A stretch of 64,000 nucleotides of DNA from Octopus sinensis. Its lineage: Eukaryota. Location: contig NC_043005.1 of assembly GCF_006345805.1 (NCBI RefSeq), forward strand, positions 67,332,001 to 67,396,000, read 5' to 3'. Positions 42,877 through 56,049 of the stretch are shown piece by piece (position 1 is the first letter of the stretch; each line of letters starts with the position of its first letter). The position numbers and the translations under genes are program-made. The notes under the pieces are model-generated. The model saw only the letters and a program-made list of their open reading frames with translations. It searched no databases and was not told the origin of the DNA.

Positions 42877-43479
42877 TATATTATATAGAGGGCATTATTA
42901 CACATAAATGCCGCACGCTAGGAGGGACTTTTAAAGTCATAACTATCAAATATAAACAAATCGTACCGAATGCAATTCTCGAAGCGAGTCATTTAAAAAC
43001 AGAATTTAGCTACAGATCACCTGTGATTTCGCAATCAACGCAGTATCTGCGTCCCTTGCTCGTCAGTGAAGCGAATTCAAGATATATCATGAATGAACAA
43101 AATCAACATACCAGACAGAGAACCGTCGCATCCATCGTAGCATATGGAACTGTTCACCCCTCATACATCTATGTAAATGGCGGGCTTTTTCGAATTGCAT
43201 TTCGCTAACAACGTGCTTCTTCGGAACAAATTTCAAAAATAGGATAACATCTTAATAAGAAATGATCAAGTAGTTAGCGTGAAAAACCTCATAAGAGAAA
43301 AAAATCTGTAAATTTTTTCACTTGAAAATATTTATCTATATTATATAGAGGGCATTATTACACATAAATGCCACACGCTAGGAGGGACTTTTAAAGTCAT
43401 AACTACCAAATATAAACAAATGGTACCGAATGCAATTCTCAAAGCGAGTCATTTAAAATCAGAATTTAGCTACAGATCA
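42877..43479 (-). repeat. 1.3 tandem copies of a 460-bp HHR-containing unit (retrozyme/pLTR-like)
   Basis: 42877-43019 is repeated at 43337-43479; flanked by (TA)n. Confidence 0.9.
43002..43078 (-). ncRNA. Type I hammerhead ribozyme, canonical core
   Basis: Minus strand: GAAUUCGCUUCA CUGACGA GCAA GGG ACGCAG AUA CUGCGU UGA UUGC GAAA UCAC AG GUGA UC UGUAGCUAAAUUC; AUC cut between 43015 and 43014. Confidence 0.85.
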
Positions 43480-43534
43480 TATATATATATATATGCATGT
43501 ATGTATGTATTATGTATGTATACATACATACATA

Positions 43535-43574
<40 letters not shown>

Positions 43575-43779
43575 GTATGTATACATACAGGAAGCTAATG
43601 TCATTGTGTATATGTTAGTGCATAGCTCTGTGTTTGTGTTTGCCCCACGCCAAGACAAAGCAGTCTTCCTTTGTTCATGTCCCTCTAATTTAACATAAGC
43701 GAGTGATAGAATAATTACCAAGCTCAAAATTCCTGGGGTTGATTTCTTCGACTATAGGCCTTGAAGACGGTGCCCAGCT

Positions 43780-43910
43780 GTTACGAATTTTATCGACTTG
43801 GAGAGTATGAAAGACAAAGTCGGCATTCGCGGAAATTGAACAGAGAACGTGAAGACGACAAAATGCTGTTTCGCATTTTGCCCGGCGTGCTAACACTTCT
43901 GCCAGCTCTT
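43780..43910 (-). mobile_element. SINE family B fragment
   Basis: gagctggcagaagtgttagcacgccgggcaaaatgc head on the minus strand. Confidence 0.7.
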
Positions 43911-45812
43911 CGTCTTAAGTATGCACATATATATATTGCCACTTACACACAAATACATATGAGATTGTAAATACACACATGCATTTTATACATTCACCAC
44001 CCACCGCCACACATATATATGTGTATGTGTCTACGCGTACATAATTGCTAATATAACATAGAAAATACGAAATATTATACACATCAAGTATGAGCAACAG
44101 ATGTTCAAATATGTATATGTGTTTGTGTGCGTGTCTGTGTATGTATGTATGTATGTACGTATGTATGTATGTATGTATGTATGTATATATATACATGTCT
44201 ATAACTGCGGGTGAGAGTTTGTGTATATAATAGACATGCATATATATATATATATATATCTATACATATACAAGGAGAGACAGACAGACAGACAAAGAAA
44301 GAAGGGAACGGAGAGAAAAGGAAGAAGATTTCGAGGGCGAGAGAAAAACGTGTGAAAATGGAGGAGAGAAATTGATTGAAAATAGAACTAATATTATCTC
44401 CATATTTGTTCATGCCTATTTCCCTGCAAATATTCATAGATATTTACATCTTATTTAGTTTTGTTATTTCCCATTTTTCTAAATAACAATGTCTTCTTTT
44501 ATCTTGCTTCTTGTTTTATTCCGTGTAATGTATGAAAATATCTTTCGATTCTAGATAATGTGTGTTCGCCGTTGTATTTGCTACCACATTTTTCTCTATT
44601 ATTTAGTAATGATTATTTTCCTATTATACGTATCACTCGTTCTTTTTTCCAGACATTCTTTTTAGAGCTGTTAACTGAGATTGTGAAGGACTAGAAATTA
44701 TTAAAAGGCTGTATCTAGAGAACACAGTAATGCTCAATGAAGAATACAATCTATAAGTGTAACTCAGTTTACATTTTTTTTTTATTTCACATGAGTTATC
44801 ACGCTCTTAATAAAATATATGAATTTCACAATACCCCATTGATTCCCAAAACAGTAAGTTACTTGCAAAATAAGAGCTAGTTTTTTTTATATATATATAT
44901 GACGGGTTTCAAACTGTTGGTTCGTATTTCTGTAATTTTGAACTGTAGAGTATTTTCAAAAAGTGAGTTATACTTTTGATTGTTGTTCAACTGAGACTGC
45001 GCAGTGATGTACGGGCATACACACACGCGCAAGAAAAATATTGACAGCTACTATGCTTTCAATTGAAGTTCGCGTGGGCACGGTCTATCTTTTATATCTG
45101 AAATCTATCAATCGATATTTATCTTGCTACGTAGATTAGAGTGAAATAAAACCTATACTTGCTTTCCGATAACTCGAGTTCATGATTCAATTACGAATAT
45201 GTATTAAAAACATGCATTCTGTTTTCGTTTTTATTACTCATACCACTAATGCTCTGGAAAGGTCATGAATGACTTGCTCAATCTTTGTTTCTTTTTTAAA
45301 TATAGAACCTCCTTATAAAAGTCACCCCAAAGTAACTTTATGCAAATGCAGAAAGTTCCAGAATTGTAGGGAATGACATATTCGTTTCAAGTGATACGCT
45401 TGCTGAAGGTACGATAATTGATTGATGAATGCCAAAGTCAACTGTCTTGAAGTTGACATGCGGATTACACAACGAATTAAGTAAATGCTGTCAGGCATTT
45501 AGTCCAGCACCCTACTATTACTATCATTATATTTTACTGTGAGAGAAGTGATGTGGGAAAGCTTATTTCAGTGACCTCTGAATAAATTACAGTGATATAC
45601 TGTAAACACATATTTGTCTTTTACACTTCCCTTTATCCCTATTACTATAAAATAGTCATAGCTGAATAATACCTCCTGGAGATGATAATGTAGTTGACCG
45701 AAGTAGAAGCGGGCAGGAATACGTTTATATTTTTCTCAAGCATGTCACGCGGTTGCTGAATCGAATTATATCCATCATAGTTCAGTATTGTTATAATATA
45801 GTTAATTTATAT

Positions 45813-46212
45813 GGCGGCGAGCTAGCAGAAACGTTAGCACACCGGGCGAAATGCACAGCCGTATTTCGTTTGCCATTACGTTCTGGGTTCAAATTCCGCC
45901 GAGGTCGCCTTTGCCTTTCATCCTTTCGGGGTCGATTAAATAAGTACCAGTTACGTACTGGGGTCGATGTAATCGACTTAATCCGTTTGTCTGTCCTTGT
46001 TTGTCCTCTCTGAGTTTAGCCCCTTGTGGGTAGTAAATAAATAGGTAACTTGTCTGCCTTTACGTACTGAGTTCAAATTCGGCCGAGGTCGATTTTGTCT
46101 TTCATCCTTTCGGGGTCGATAAATTAAGCAACAGTTGTGTTCTGGGGTCGATCTAATCGGCTGGTCTCACGCCACCAAAAATGTTCGGGCTTTATTCCTG
46201 GAGTAGAAAAGA
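45813..46212 (+). mobile_element. SINE family B
   Basis: Homologous to 17588-17935. Confidence 0.85.
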
Positions 46213-46529
46213 ATATAGTTATTTGGGTATTTTTTTTTTTTACCTAGATCTGTCTCTCTTTCGCTCTTTCTCCCTTTCTCTTTCTCCCTTCAAATGTTAG
46301 CACCGCGCCTCGTTAAGGAAATACCTTTATTAATTTTGATTAAACAACGTGAGTTAAATTTTAGAAAACTGTGTTGTTTCTCCATTTTAATTTTTAGGTT
46401 ATCTTTAGTTACTTTAGGCGACAATCAAAGGTGGAGTTTATTTTTGGGACGGTCCTTTGGAAATGACACGTAACTTGTGTAGTGACCAAACTTTCAGCGT
46501 ACATACATCAAAAAGTAATGTGGGGGTAG

Positions 46530-46775
46530 TGTTTAGGCTACTTCACTCATCCACTACAATCACTAGATCGTGTGTTCGATTCCTTGACTAGGCGGCACGT
46601 TGTGTTCTTGAGCAAAGCACTTCATTTTATGCTGCTCCAACACCCCCTCTTTCAATCAGGGAGGGAATGTTGGGCTGGTCGCCTAACCAACGAGGTGGCG
46701 TCATTTGAAGGATGTAATAATGCGAAGTTGCATTATGAACAGCGATGCGTAGCAACATTTGATAACCTGGACGAT

Positions 46776-46782
<7 letters not shown>
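46530..46782 (+). mobile_element. SINE family C, diverged
   Basis: gttcgattcc B box and gttgtgttcttgagcaaagcacttt core shared with 27874. Confidence 0.65.
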
Positions 46783-46822
<40 letters not shown>

Positions 46823-47091
46823 TAGATAGATACATACATACATACATACGTATATAAATATTTTCTTTTTTATTTAGTTTTTGCTATTTTTATTCTTACT
46901 GTGCAACTGATGAGTACTCTTTGACAACTCATATTCTTAAAATGAATTTATTGTCTTTCTCTACGAAATGATCGTATATCGAAATGAATAAAAAAAAATA
47001 TATCTCATTCCATATTAACATCTAATCTCTATTTACGAAAAATATGATTGAATTTATCGAACTGCGTTCTATAAATTAAATCATATACTTA

Positions 47092-47150
<59 letters not shown>

Positions 47151-47616
47151 TTTGTGTGTGGAAGGATGTCATTCAGTACACTGTACTAGATGATATAATC
47201 AGTTAGGAATGATACATCGCGACACATATTTCAATAGCCATGTGTGTTGATAATTATCATACGGATTCAAACACTTAACCAAATGATGGTGATCGATACG
47301 AATTGATTTTTTTCTACGAAGTTTTCAATGTTGCAATATGGATTGTTGTTAGTTATAAGTCCTAACAAATTCTTATAATTACTTAATTTCCATGGTTTAA
47401 TTAAAATAACAAAGGTCACGTAAAGAAGATGTGATCAAACCTGGGAGAATTTTACAGCGTATATTATTTTATGGGGGGGGGGAAATTAATAACAACAATT
47501 GTTGAATATACGGTAGTACCTATGGAATACACTGTGAGAGTTTAATCTTGGGAAATAGTTAAGTATTATTCTTTCAAATCTTTCATTTGGTGGTGTTGCT
47601 GGTGTTGGTGGTGCTG

Positions 47617-47672
<56 letters not shown>

Positions 47673-48839
47673 GGTGGTGGTGGTGGGGTGGCGGTAGTAG
47701 CAGCAGCAACAGTAGTAGTAGTAGTAGTAGTAGTAGTAGTTGCTTTGAAAATTTTATTAATTTTCATTGAGTGCTCATTAGGGATATTGGGGTATATAGT
47801 TTCCAGAAGAGATTAAGTTGTGAAGAGTCACACTTAACACGATATTCTTTGTTTATTAAAATATGTTCTGTTTATGCTGTATTATAAACGATACAACTCC
47901 GAAAAACATACAGCATCGAAACACCAGAAGCCACCAGATTGAGGCTAAAGATCAGGCACACCACTCTGGTAAGTAGTCTGCTATCCAACCATATGGTCTT
48001 TAGTTCAGTCCCACAGCATGTCACATTGGCAGCTGTACATGATGGAATATCAATGTATGATGGCTTTATCAGTTACGCAATGCTGATAGAATTATCGACA
48101 TTATCTCCCGAAACGGAAAGTAAATACAGTACGTCAAATATATGTAGCTATTTTGGAAGTTAAATTTTTGCGGTAATACTTCAGCAAGATTTCTTCTCTC
48201 ATAAATAGATAAAGAAAAAATAAAAGCAGAATGCACTAAAGCTATCAAAAGGCAAATTGCATTTTAAAGAATATATTACATTCGACATCTCATTAGCATA
48301 AATATTAATAAGCTGGCCGTTCAACTAAATGTCAGATCAGAGCTTTTCAACGTGTAAATATGCACTGAAATAGTCGTTAAATACACGATTACATGAGAAA
48401 ATAAATTAATTTTTAAGCGTTTAACAAGATCAGTCGCACTCTCTATTTCTCTCTTCGTTTTTTACTCGCGAACAGACAGGATTTATAAATCTCTGCTATT
48501 TAAGCCAACAAACCTGAGAGTAACTCACTACACAACATAAAGATAAATTCATTGATAGCTAAACATTTTAAATCGTTATTTGTATTAGTAATTTATTGAA
48601 AACATTAAAATTTAATCATAAATAATAAACCCGCACCTTCGACATTTTTAACTAACTAGAGGAAAGCATATTACCGTGAATAATACATAATGAGTTATGT
48701 TTTTTTAAATATTTTCGCTTACAGAATTGCATATAGTTCTTCCTGATCAGTTTATTAACGAGTATAGCAGTCTCCACACATTACCAACAGATCCCGAAAT
48801 GGTCAATATATCTCTATTTAAAATAGCAGACATGAAAAT

Positions 48840-49720
48840 ATGAGTATTGCTAAGAGGTCCATAGGCTGACCGAGATACTCTCATGGAATGTAACCAGATG
48901 AGGTTTATTTTTCGATGTAGTCTCAGTTGCGGTCCGCACATTTCTTCCATCGATGTAATCAGGAGAATAGGTAGGGTGATCAACCAGTTCAAGCCACAGC
49001 CACACACATTGTCTGCTGGAGCATTGTCCTGATGAGACAAGACACCTTACGTCAGTCTTCCAGGGCATTTGGTCTTCATAGCCTTTCATAGCTGCCTCGG
49101 CCATAAACACAATGCCTTTTGCATCCCAGAAAACTGAAGCCTTCAACTTTCCTGCAGATGAAACGACCTTGGTCTTCTTTGCTGCAGGTGAGGAGATGTG
49201 TTTCCACTGCAAAGATTGTCTCTTTGTCTTTGGCTGAAAGTGAAGAAGCCAACTAATCCTGTGGAGGGAACATTTATAGTCAGCAGCTGTCATCCATCAT
49301 CATATGGTGGACGCGTTTAATGTTTTTTCCTCGCTGGTGGCAGTTGCAGGACATCAAGCCGTTGGATCGTATCGATACTCTTCCTTTCCTTCCTCGATTC
49401 AGTAGCCCACTTTTGTGCAGTTGATAAAGCTGGGACGTCATCTCCTAATGCAGCAAGAGAGTCAGCATGAATATCATTGGTGTTTAAACCTTTTTTTCTG
49501 AAAGTACATGATAACACCACAATGCCAAATTGTGTCAGCAATCAAGAAGAGTCGCTACCAGTTACATTTGAAATCTTCTTTGGATCGGCACATATAAGTT
49601 TACCTTGAAAGAAACAATGCAGTTATTAATAGGAATATTTGAAATTAATACTTGCAAGAATTCATAGGACCAACGTAGTTCCTTCATAGTCAGGCTCTGA
49701 ACTTTTCAGCTCACCCTCGT
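48840..49720 (-). mobile_element. Mariner-type transposon relic, internally deleted
   Basis: HTH (IHADSLAALGDDVPALSTAQKW), KRQSLQWKH, SAGKLKASVFWDAKG, HQDNAPA, HPTYSPD; terminal acgagggtgagctgaaaagttc. Confidence 0.85.
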
Positions 49721-49816
49721 GATTAAACTGTTTCTCTTGTTACAGCAAAATAATATATTTGTGTGTTCGCTCTCATTTTCTTCATTTATATGTCTGCATG
49801 TACGTATGTATACATG

Positions 49817-49853
<37 letters not shown>

Positions 49854-50332
49854 GTGTGTATGTGTGTGTGTTTATGTCAGCAGGAAACTATTGATTATAT
49901 GCAGTGTCTCCCTGGCTGTTGAAGTTAAATCTGGCATTGATTCAAGCCGTCAGCTAAATTTACCTGTGTAAAGTGAAGGTGACGGTGTGATTACAAAACA
50001 GTTTAATATCAATGTCATAGAAAATCAACATTACAGTGAAAGACTACGCTTCTGATATAACAACTGGCAAAACAAATCTCCATGCATAAACAGTTGGGAG
50101 TGTGTTTATGTATGTATGTGCCCTTTTACAGAAAACTCCATTTCCAATTTAGATATCTCCGCAGTATGATATCAGGGGAGTCCAAAGTATTAGTATTACT
50201 GAGTAGAAAAAGTTATCGTAATAAATGATTTTCACAGGAATGAACTGAACAAGTGAAGCATGTAAAATATTAAATCATAGTGTTGGAGTGTCGGTAGTCC
50301 TTGGAGATTTTATATGTATGTATATATATTTA

Positions 50333-50743
50333 TATTCTATTATTTGCTTCCGTCATTTGACGGCGGCCATGCTGGAGCACCGCCTTTAGTTAAACAAATC
50401 GACCCAAGGACTTATACTTTGTAAGCATAGTACTTATTCTATCGGTCACTTTTGCCGAACTGCTAAGTTACAGGGACGTAAACACACCAACATCGGTTGC
50501 CAAGAGATGATGGGGGAGCAAAGACACTCAAACGTATGCATATACATACATATATATATATGTATATATGTATATATGTATGTATGTATGTATATACAAG
50601 AGGCTTGTTTCAGTTTCCGTCTACCAAATACACTCACAAGACTTTGGTCAGCCCAAGGCCATAGTAGAAGACAGTTGCCTAAGGTACCACGCAGTGGGAT
50701 TGAACCCGGAACCATGTCGTTGGGAAGCAAGTTACTTCCCACA
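50333..50743 (-). mobile_element. SINE family A
   Basis: Reverse complement of the 30565 family. Confidence 0.88.
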
Positions 50744-52396
50744 CATCCGGAGAACGGAGAATTTTCTACATCTATAATAGTATCCAAACATTTTATTGAA
50801 CACAATTTTGTTATTTACAGCATACTTTCCAGGACCTACGCGTGTTTTAACTGTATCGTGTGCAAACTGCTAGATATGTATTCTGGAGTCATTGTCGGTA
50901 CAATTGCATCAGGTTCCATATTTACTACCGTTTCGAAGTGAAACTGAAAGAATCAATAAACTGAAAGAATAAAGTTTTTTCTCGGAGGCATGGCTGTGAC
51001 TAGAAATTGCTATAGTAGCATTGACCTCGTATTCAACTCCACTAATTGTGGTAGGTAATGTGAAATATAGTTCTAAAAATAGGTCAAAGTTAAATTAAGA
51101 GTTTGTGCAGATTCACTGGCATTATATGAAGTTTACCATCCCGCTTATTTCGAGGAGAATATTCTTAGTTTTAGAGGTATTCAATTAATTTTGATTTATT
51201 ATTTCTTTTTTTTATTTTCAGAATTGTTATTCTACTAATTTATTATTTTTCTTACTATTTTACGCGTAATGCGTTTATTTTAATTTTTTAAAAGTATATT
51301 TTTTGCACGAGACATCTTACCACATTTTTGTCTAGCGCATATTCAGAAGTGAAAATTTGGTACATTTCTTCAGCTCGTTACTCACATGTTTTACCTCATA
51401 TACTACACAGTTCAGCTTTACTAATAATATCCAAGCCAAATGAATATATTTTGTTACAGAAATTCAGCGATAAAATTAATTGACTTAGGCACGTATGATT
51501 TTTTTTTGTGTGTTTCTCTAACTGAAAGAAGTTTCATGGTTAGCTATTCTTTCTTTAATAAAACATGAACTGGTACTTATATAGAAATACTCTGTTTTCT
51601 GATTAAACTTTTCCCCTGTAAACCGCATTTTAAATTGTACATGCGGAGTTTAACGGATTTAGCCGTCGTCTTGCTCAATCTCAGTTTTCTCTCTTATTTC
51701 TCACTCACTCTGTATGCATATATATGTGTGTGCGTGCATGTGTGTTTGTGAGTGTGTGTGTGCGTGCCGAGTGAGTCGTGTAAAGACTGTGTTCATATCC
51801 GGCCGTATACCCAGAATAATAGTAGCAGCAGCTCATCCAACAATAATGGCGACAACAATGAAAGCGGCGGCAGACACGCCAACTCTAACAACTGCGACCG
51901 CAGCAGCAACAGCAACACTGCGGCTGGGGTTGACCACTAAATACAGCAACAGTTGTATCATTGCAACTACGGCATGTAATAACGGCACCGATGGCAGCGA
52001 CAGCGGCTCCAATAGCAGCAGCAGCAACAACAAGACCAGCAACATCAGGCCCAGGGTCAACAGAAGAAACTCCAGAGGAAATAACACAACTAGCACTCAT
52101 GTTCTGGGGTATATCTGTCGGGCCGGAAATGTCTTGAAGCGACTCCTGTTCATCCATAGGTCCTCTTTTTGGAATCCGGTAATGTGTTATATCAAATGAG
52201 ACACCCCAAGAAAGAAAGAACTCCATACGAAATTAAATGGAGGTCCAAAGGGTGGTGATTACCTGTTCGTGGATTAGGACCATAAAGATTTGCAGACCGG
52301 ATCGATCTAAGGTTCATAACCCGCCTCGTTTAAGGCTAAAACAATATACAATATTATTTTGTTTACAAATTATCTGACCGTAACGGTTTCCATCGC

Positions 52397-52988
52397 TGAA
52401 GTGGAGTGTATGTTAAGCTAATTGTTCAAGGCACGATGCTTATCGTAATCATTTGTAAGAGTAAAAAGTATGTTTCTGCCAGTGCTTACATTTATAGGAT
52501 TTCTCTATGAGTGTGTTTACAAGGGGAACCTTAGAGAAGAGGATATGGAAGAGCTCAGAGTTGCAAATGTTACAAAAACTCCTGACATTATCAAAAGGAA
52601 AGGATACAGACAGTATGAACCAATCTAACTTGAAATCTATATTGTTGTCTTTGAGACGCCAAACTAATTTACTTAGTCCTGTACTATATCGTATTTTACT
52701 ATCCCTGAATGTTGAATAATGTTTTGAAATTCTCTTGGATAACTGGGAAGAGGACGCTCCTATATAGAAGAAAACATGTATCCTTTCCTTTTGATAAGGG
52801 CAGGAGTTTTTGTAACATTTGCAACTCTGAGCTCTTCCATATCCTCTTCTCTAAGGTTCCCCTTGTAAACACACTCATAGAGAAATCCTATAAATGTAAG
52901 CACTGGCAGAAACATACATTTTACTCTTACAAATGATTACGATAGGCATCGCGCTTTGAACAATTAGCTTAACATACACTCCACTTCA
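52397..52988. repeat. ~210-bp near-perfect inverted repeat (52397-52608 / 52777-52988)
   Basis: The arms are visibly reverse complementary; the ORF track shows mirrored peptides. Confidence 0.92.
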
Positions 52989-53205
52989 ATAGTGAAATTC
53001 TTTCCTAAGCCTTTGAATATTCTTAATCAACATACCCTTCCCTTTCCACTGGTTCCCTACCTATCATTCCTTTAACCCTTCTCTTCCTACTATCTAACTT
53101 TGACGTCAAATCTAACGGTTTTTAAAAAAAATCACTTATTGATGTTTTGTTTACCATGTAGGCAGTCATCGAAATTTTTGTTTGTCTTGTTGCCGAGCGA
53201 GGCTC

Positions 53206-53298
53206 CCTTTCTTTCCTGATGAGAAGATTGCATCATACACCCTTTTTTCCTTTAGAATGAAACCATGTGGTCTTCGAAACATATGTCGAGAGTAAAGG
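53206..53298 (+). ncRNA. Type I hammerhead ribozyme, canonical core
   Basis: CCUUUCUUUC/GAGAG(U)AAAGG stem I, CUGAUGA at 53216-53222, GAAGAUU/GGUCUUC stem II, GAAA, perfect palindrome ACAUAUGU, GUC cut after 53287. Confidence 0.87.
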
Positions 53299-53350
53299 AA
53301 TTTTGTTAACATCTTCGTTCGACTCCATTCTTTCATTTATTCATATATAA

Positions 53351-53387
<37 letters not shown>

Positions 53388-53741
53388 GTGTGTGTGTGTG
53401 TGTGTGTGTGTGTACAGGGTGCGGTGAATAAACTTGCGTCTAAATTATGCAAGAACGAAAATAACACTGACATCTCATTTTAACAGATACATTTACCAAA
53501 ATTACATAAAAATGTCATAGAATACTGGAGAATAAATATTTTCAATAAAATTACCATTGGTTATAACCACAGCATCCAGACTATTTCGAAATTGCGTCAT
53601 CGTACTGTTTTAGACGGTACCCGGGTAACCCTACTATAATTTGTAGTCGACAAAATCAAAATCAAACAAAGGGTATGCACGAAATTAGGATTATAAAATG
53701 GCGACAATTTACGCATCTCAGCCTATATATATATATATATG

Positions 53742-53772
<31 letters not shown>

Positions 53773-54199
53773 CTGTATGTATGTATGTATATATATATAT
53801 ATACAAACACACACATACATATATTTATATATATATATGTGTGTGTGTATACATACCATATGTATATGTGTGTGTTGGGGTAAATGTGTAAACACACACA
53901 CACACAGGGAGAGAAAAAGTAGGGTATATAGATGTAATAATTCACTATGATAATTCTAGATGACCCTTCGATGCGAACAAAATCTGTATTTCTCGTAAGG
54001 TATCTGATTGGATTTAAGTCCGCTAATCTTTTGTTATGCACTCACACACACATATTCACTTGTATGTATGCGTATATATACACAGACATAAACAGAATAG
54101 AAATTTAATATCCTATCATTTCATTATATTATATTATATTATCTATTATCTTACATTATATTATAAGATTGTAAATAAAAACCGAAAATTCTTTGAGAG

Positions 54200-54240
<41 letters not shown>

Positions 54241-54321
54241 GTATGTATATATGTATGTCTACACACACACACACACACACCACACACACACACACATAAT
54301 ATATATATATATATTATATAT

Positions 54322-54374
<53 letters not shown>

Positions 54375-54663
54375 GTACATACAATACATACATGCATAAC
54401 TTATATATACATACATAACTTACAAACATTCATACAAACACGCTTTCAGCACCTACGCACAACTTGACAAATTAATTATTTGATAATGTAAATATCGTAA
54501 GTGAGAACTACGATGACAGATGATATATTTAAACCGTCAAACATATCGCATATAGCGCTTCGTCAAATACAGAAAAAATGTTTAACCCATTGATACCTGT
54601 GCACTTATATATACATATATACATACACACACATACACACACACACATATATATTATAATAAT

Positions 54664-54715
<52 letters not shown>

Positions 54716-55080
54716 GGAAAATTCAAATTGTAGCAGAGATACCCGGCATTGCTCAGGGTTAAAATGGCATCATCGATATATATATATATATATATCTATA
54801 TTATTATATATATATATATATATATATATATTGCAGTTATGTTGTAACTGATGATGCAGCATTGACGATATAAAATTTGTGGAGTAGATGATTAGCTAAT
54901 TCGACTAAGTGACATTCCATGCTTCCGTTCGGTGTACTTCAGGCCCTAATCTGCCATAGAAAATTAGCGGTGGGGGTTATGTGATTTTTGAACGCACCAG
55001 AAATCAGTGAATATACTCTTCTCTTCGGCAGTTGGCGCTGCGTCTAACATGAACCACCATCTGAGGTTTTGTCACCTCCT

Positions 55081-56020
55081 TCAGCTTTGTTGTCCTACAT
55101 CACTCATAAAGTAAATTTGGAAGAACTGTGGTTGTTCCTTTGTGGGTAACGGGGGACCAATAAGAAGATATACTAGTCCTTGAACTTTGAACGTTGGCGT
55201 AAATCCATGTTTAACTATCTTCTTAGAGGCACCAAATGATATCATTTGAAATGCTGAGTTGCAGTGTCTGATATTGTGCAGAAAATCCTTTGACTGGATG
55301 GAAGTGCCTTCCAGAAATCCATAAGACGTTGAAGAGGAACTGATAGTGTTAGCAATATTACCTGACCCCCTGAGCAGCACATGCCATTAGTTTCATATGG
55401 AAATTTTAAAGCTTTGCAGAAACGACAATTTGTGCTTATAAAAATGGGATGGATCATATCTGAAAGCGGCTGCAGGAGTTGTGAGGAACGAATTTGTACG
55501 TAGTTTGTTTCTGAGAGCTATTCTTTTGGACTTCTGTTTAATCATTTAAACGTTGATCCAGTATTAAGTACTACGGCATGCATTTGCTGATCTTGGCAAG
55601 TTCATCTCCCTTCTCTCTTGAGACTCCGTCAGACGTGCTGCAGCACGCCTTTTGTGATCCTGAGAAAGTCTCATGTCGCTTCTGTCGCGAGACTCCAATT
55701 GAAGTACTGCAGCAGGCATTTGCTGATCTTGGAAAAGTATCATCTCCCCTCTATATTGAGACCGCATCTGATGTGCTGCAACATGACTTTTCTTGTATTG
55801 AGAAAGTCAAATCCTGTTTCTATCTTGAGACGCCATTTGATGTACAGCAGCATGCCTTTGCTGATCTTTAGAAAGTCTCATCTCACTTTTGACTTGCTCC
55901 ATTTGACATGCTACAGTCTTATCTGCCTTCTCTCTTGAGACTCTCCCCTTAGGTTTTCTACAATCCTCCTTGCTTTATATTTTTTTCTGCAGAAATTATG
56001 TCCTTTCTTTGGTGACATTT
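55081..56020 (-). mobile_element. Helitron Rep/Hel N-terminal relic
   Basis: CRFCKALKFPYETNGMCCSGGQVIL zinc motif and FLHNIRHCNSAFQMISFG...PTFKVQG...PQFFQIYF, preceded by ESQERRE-type repeats. Confidence 0.85.
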
Positions 56021-56049
56021 TTTTCTCTATATTGTAAACAAAAAAATAA

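Noticed and set aside
49027-49040. ctgatgag as an HHR core (also 2836, 35050, 54848)
   Set aside because: No stem II plus GAAA plus stem I arrangement; the 49028 match is the antisense of mariner HQDN codons
51714-52226. Overlapping 60-160-aa ORFs in a GC-richer patch
   Set aside because: Degenerate CAG/CAA low-complexity sequence with no recognisable domain or clear splice pair
53413-53628. Possible Tc1/mariner-type MITE starting tacagggtgcgg
   Set aside because: The matching right terminus is too degenerate to call
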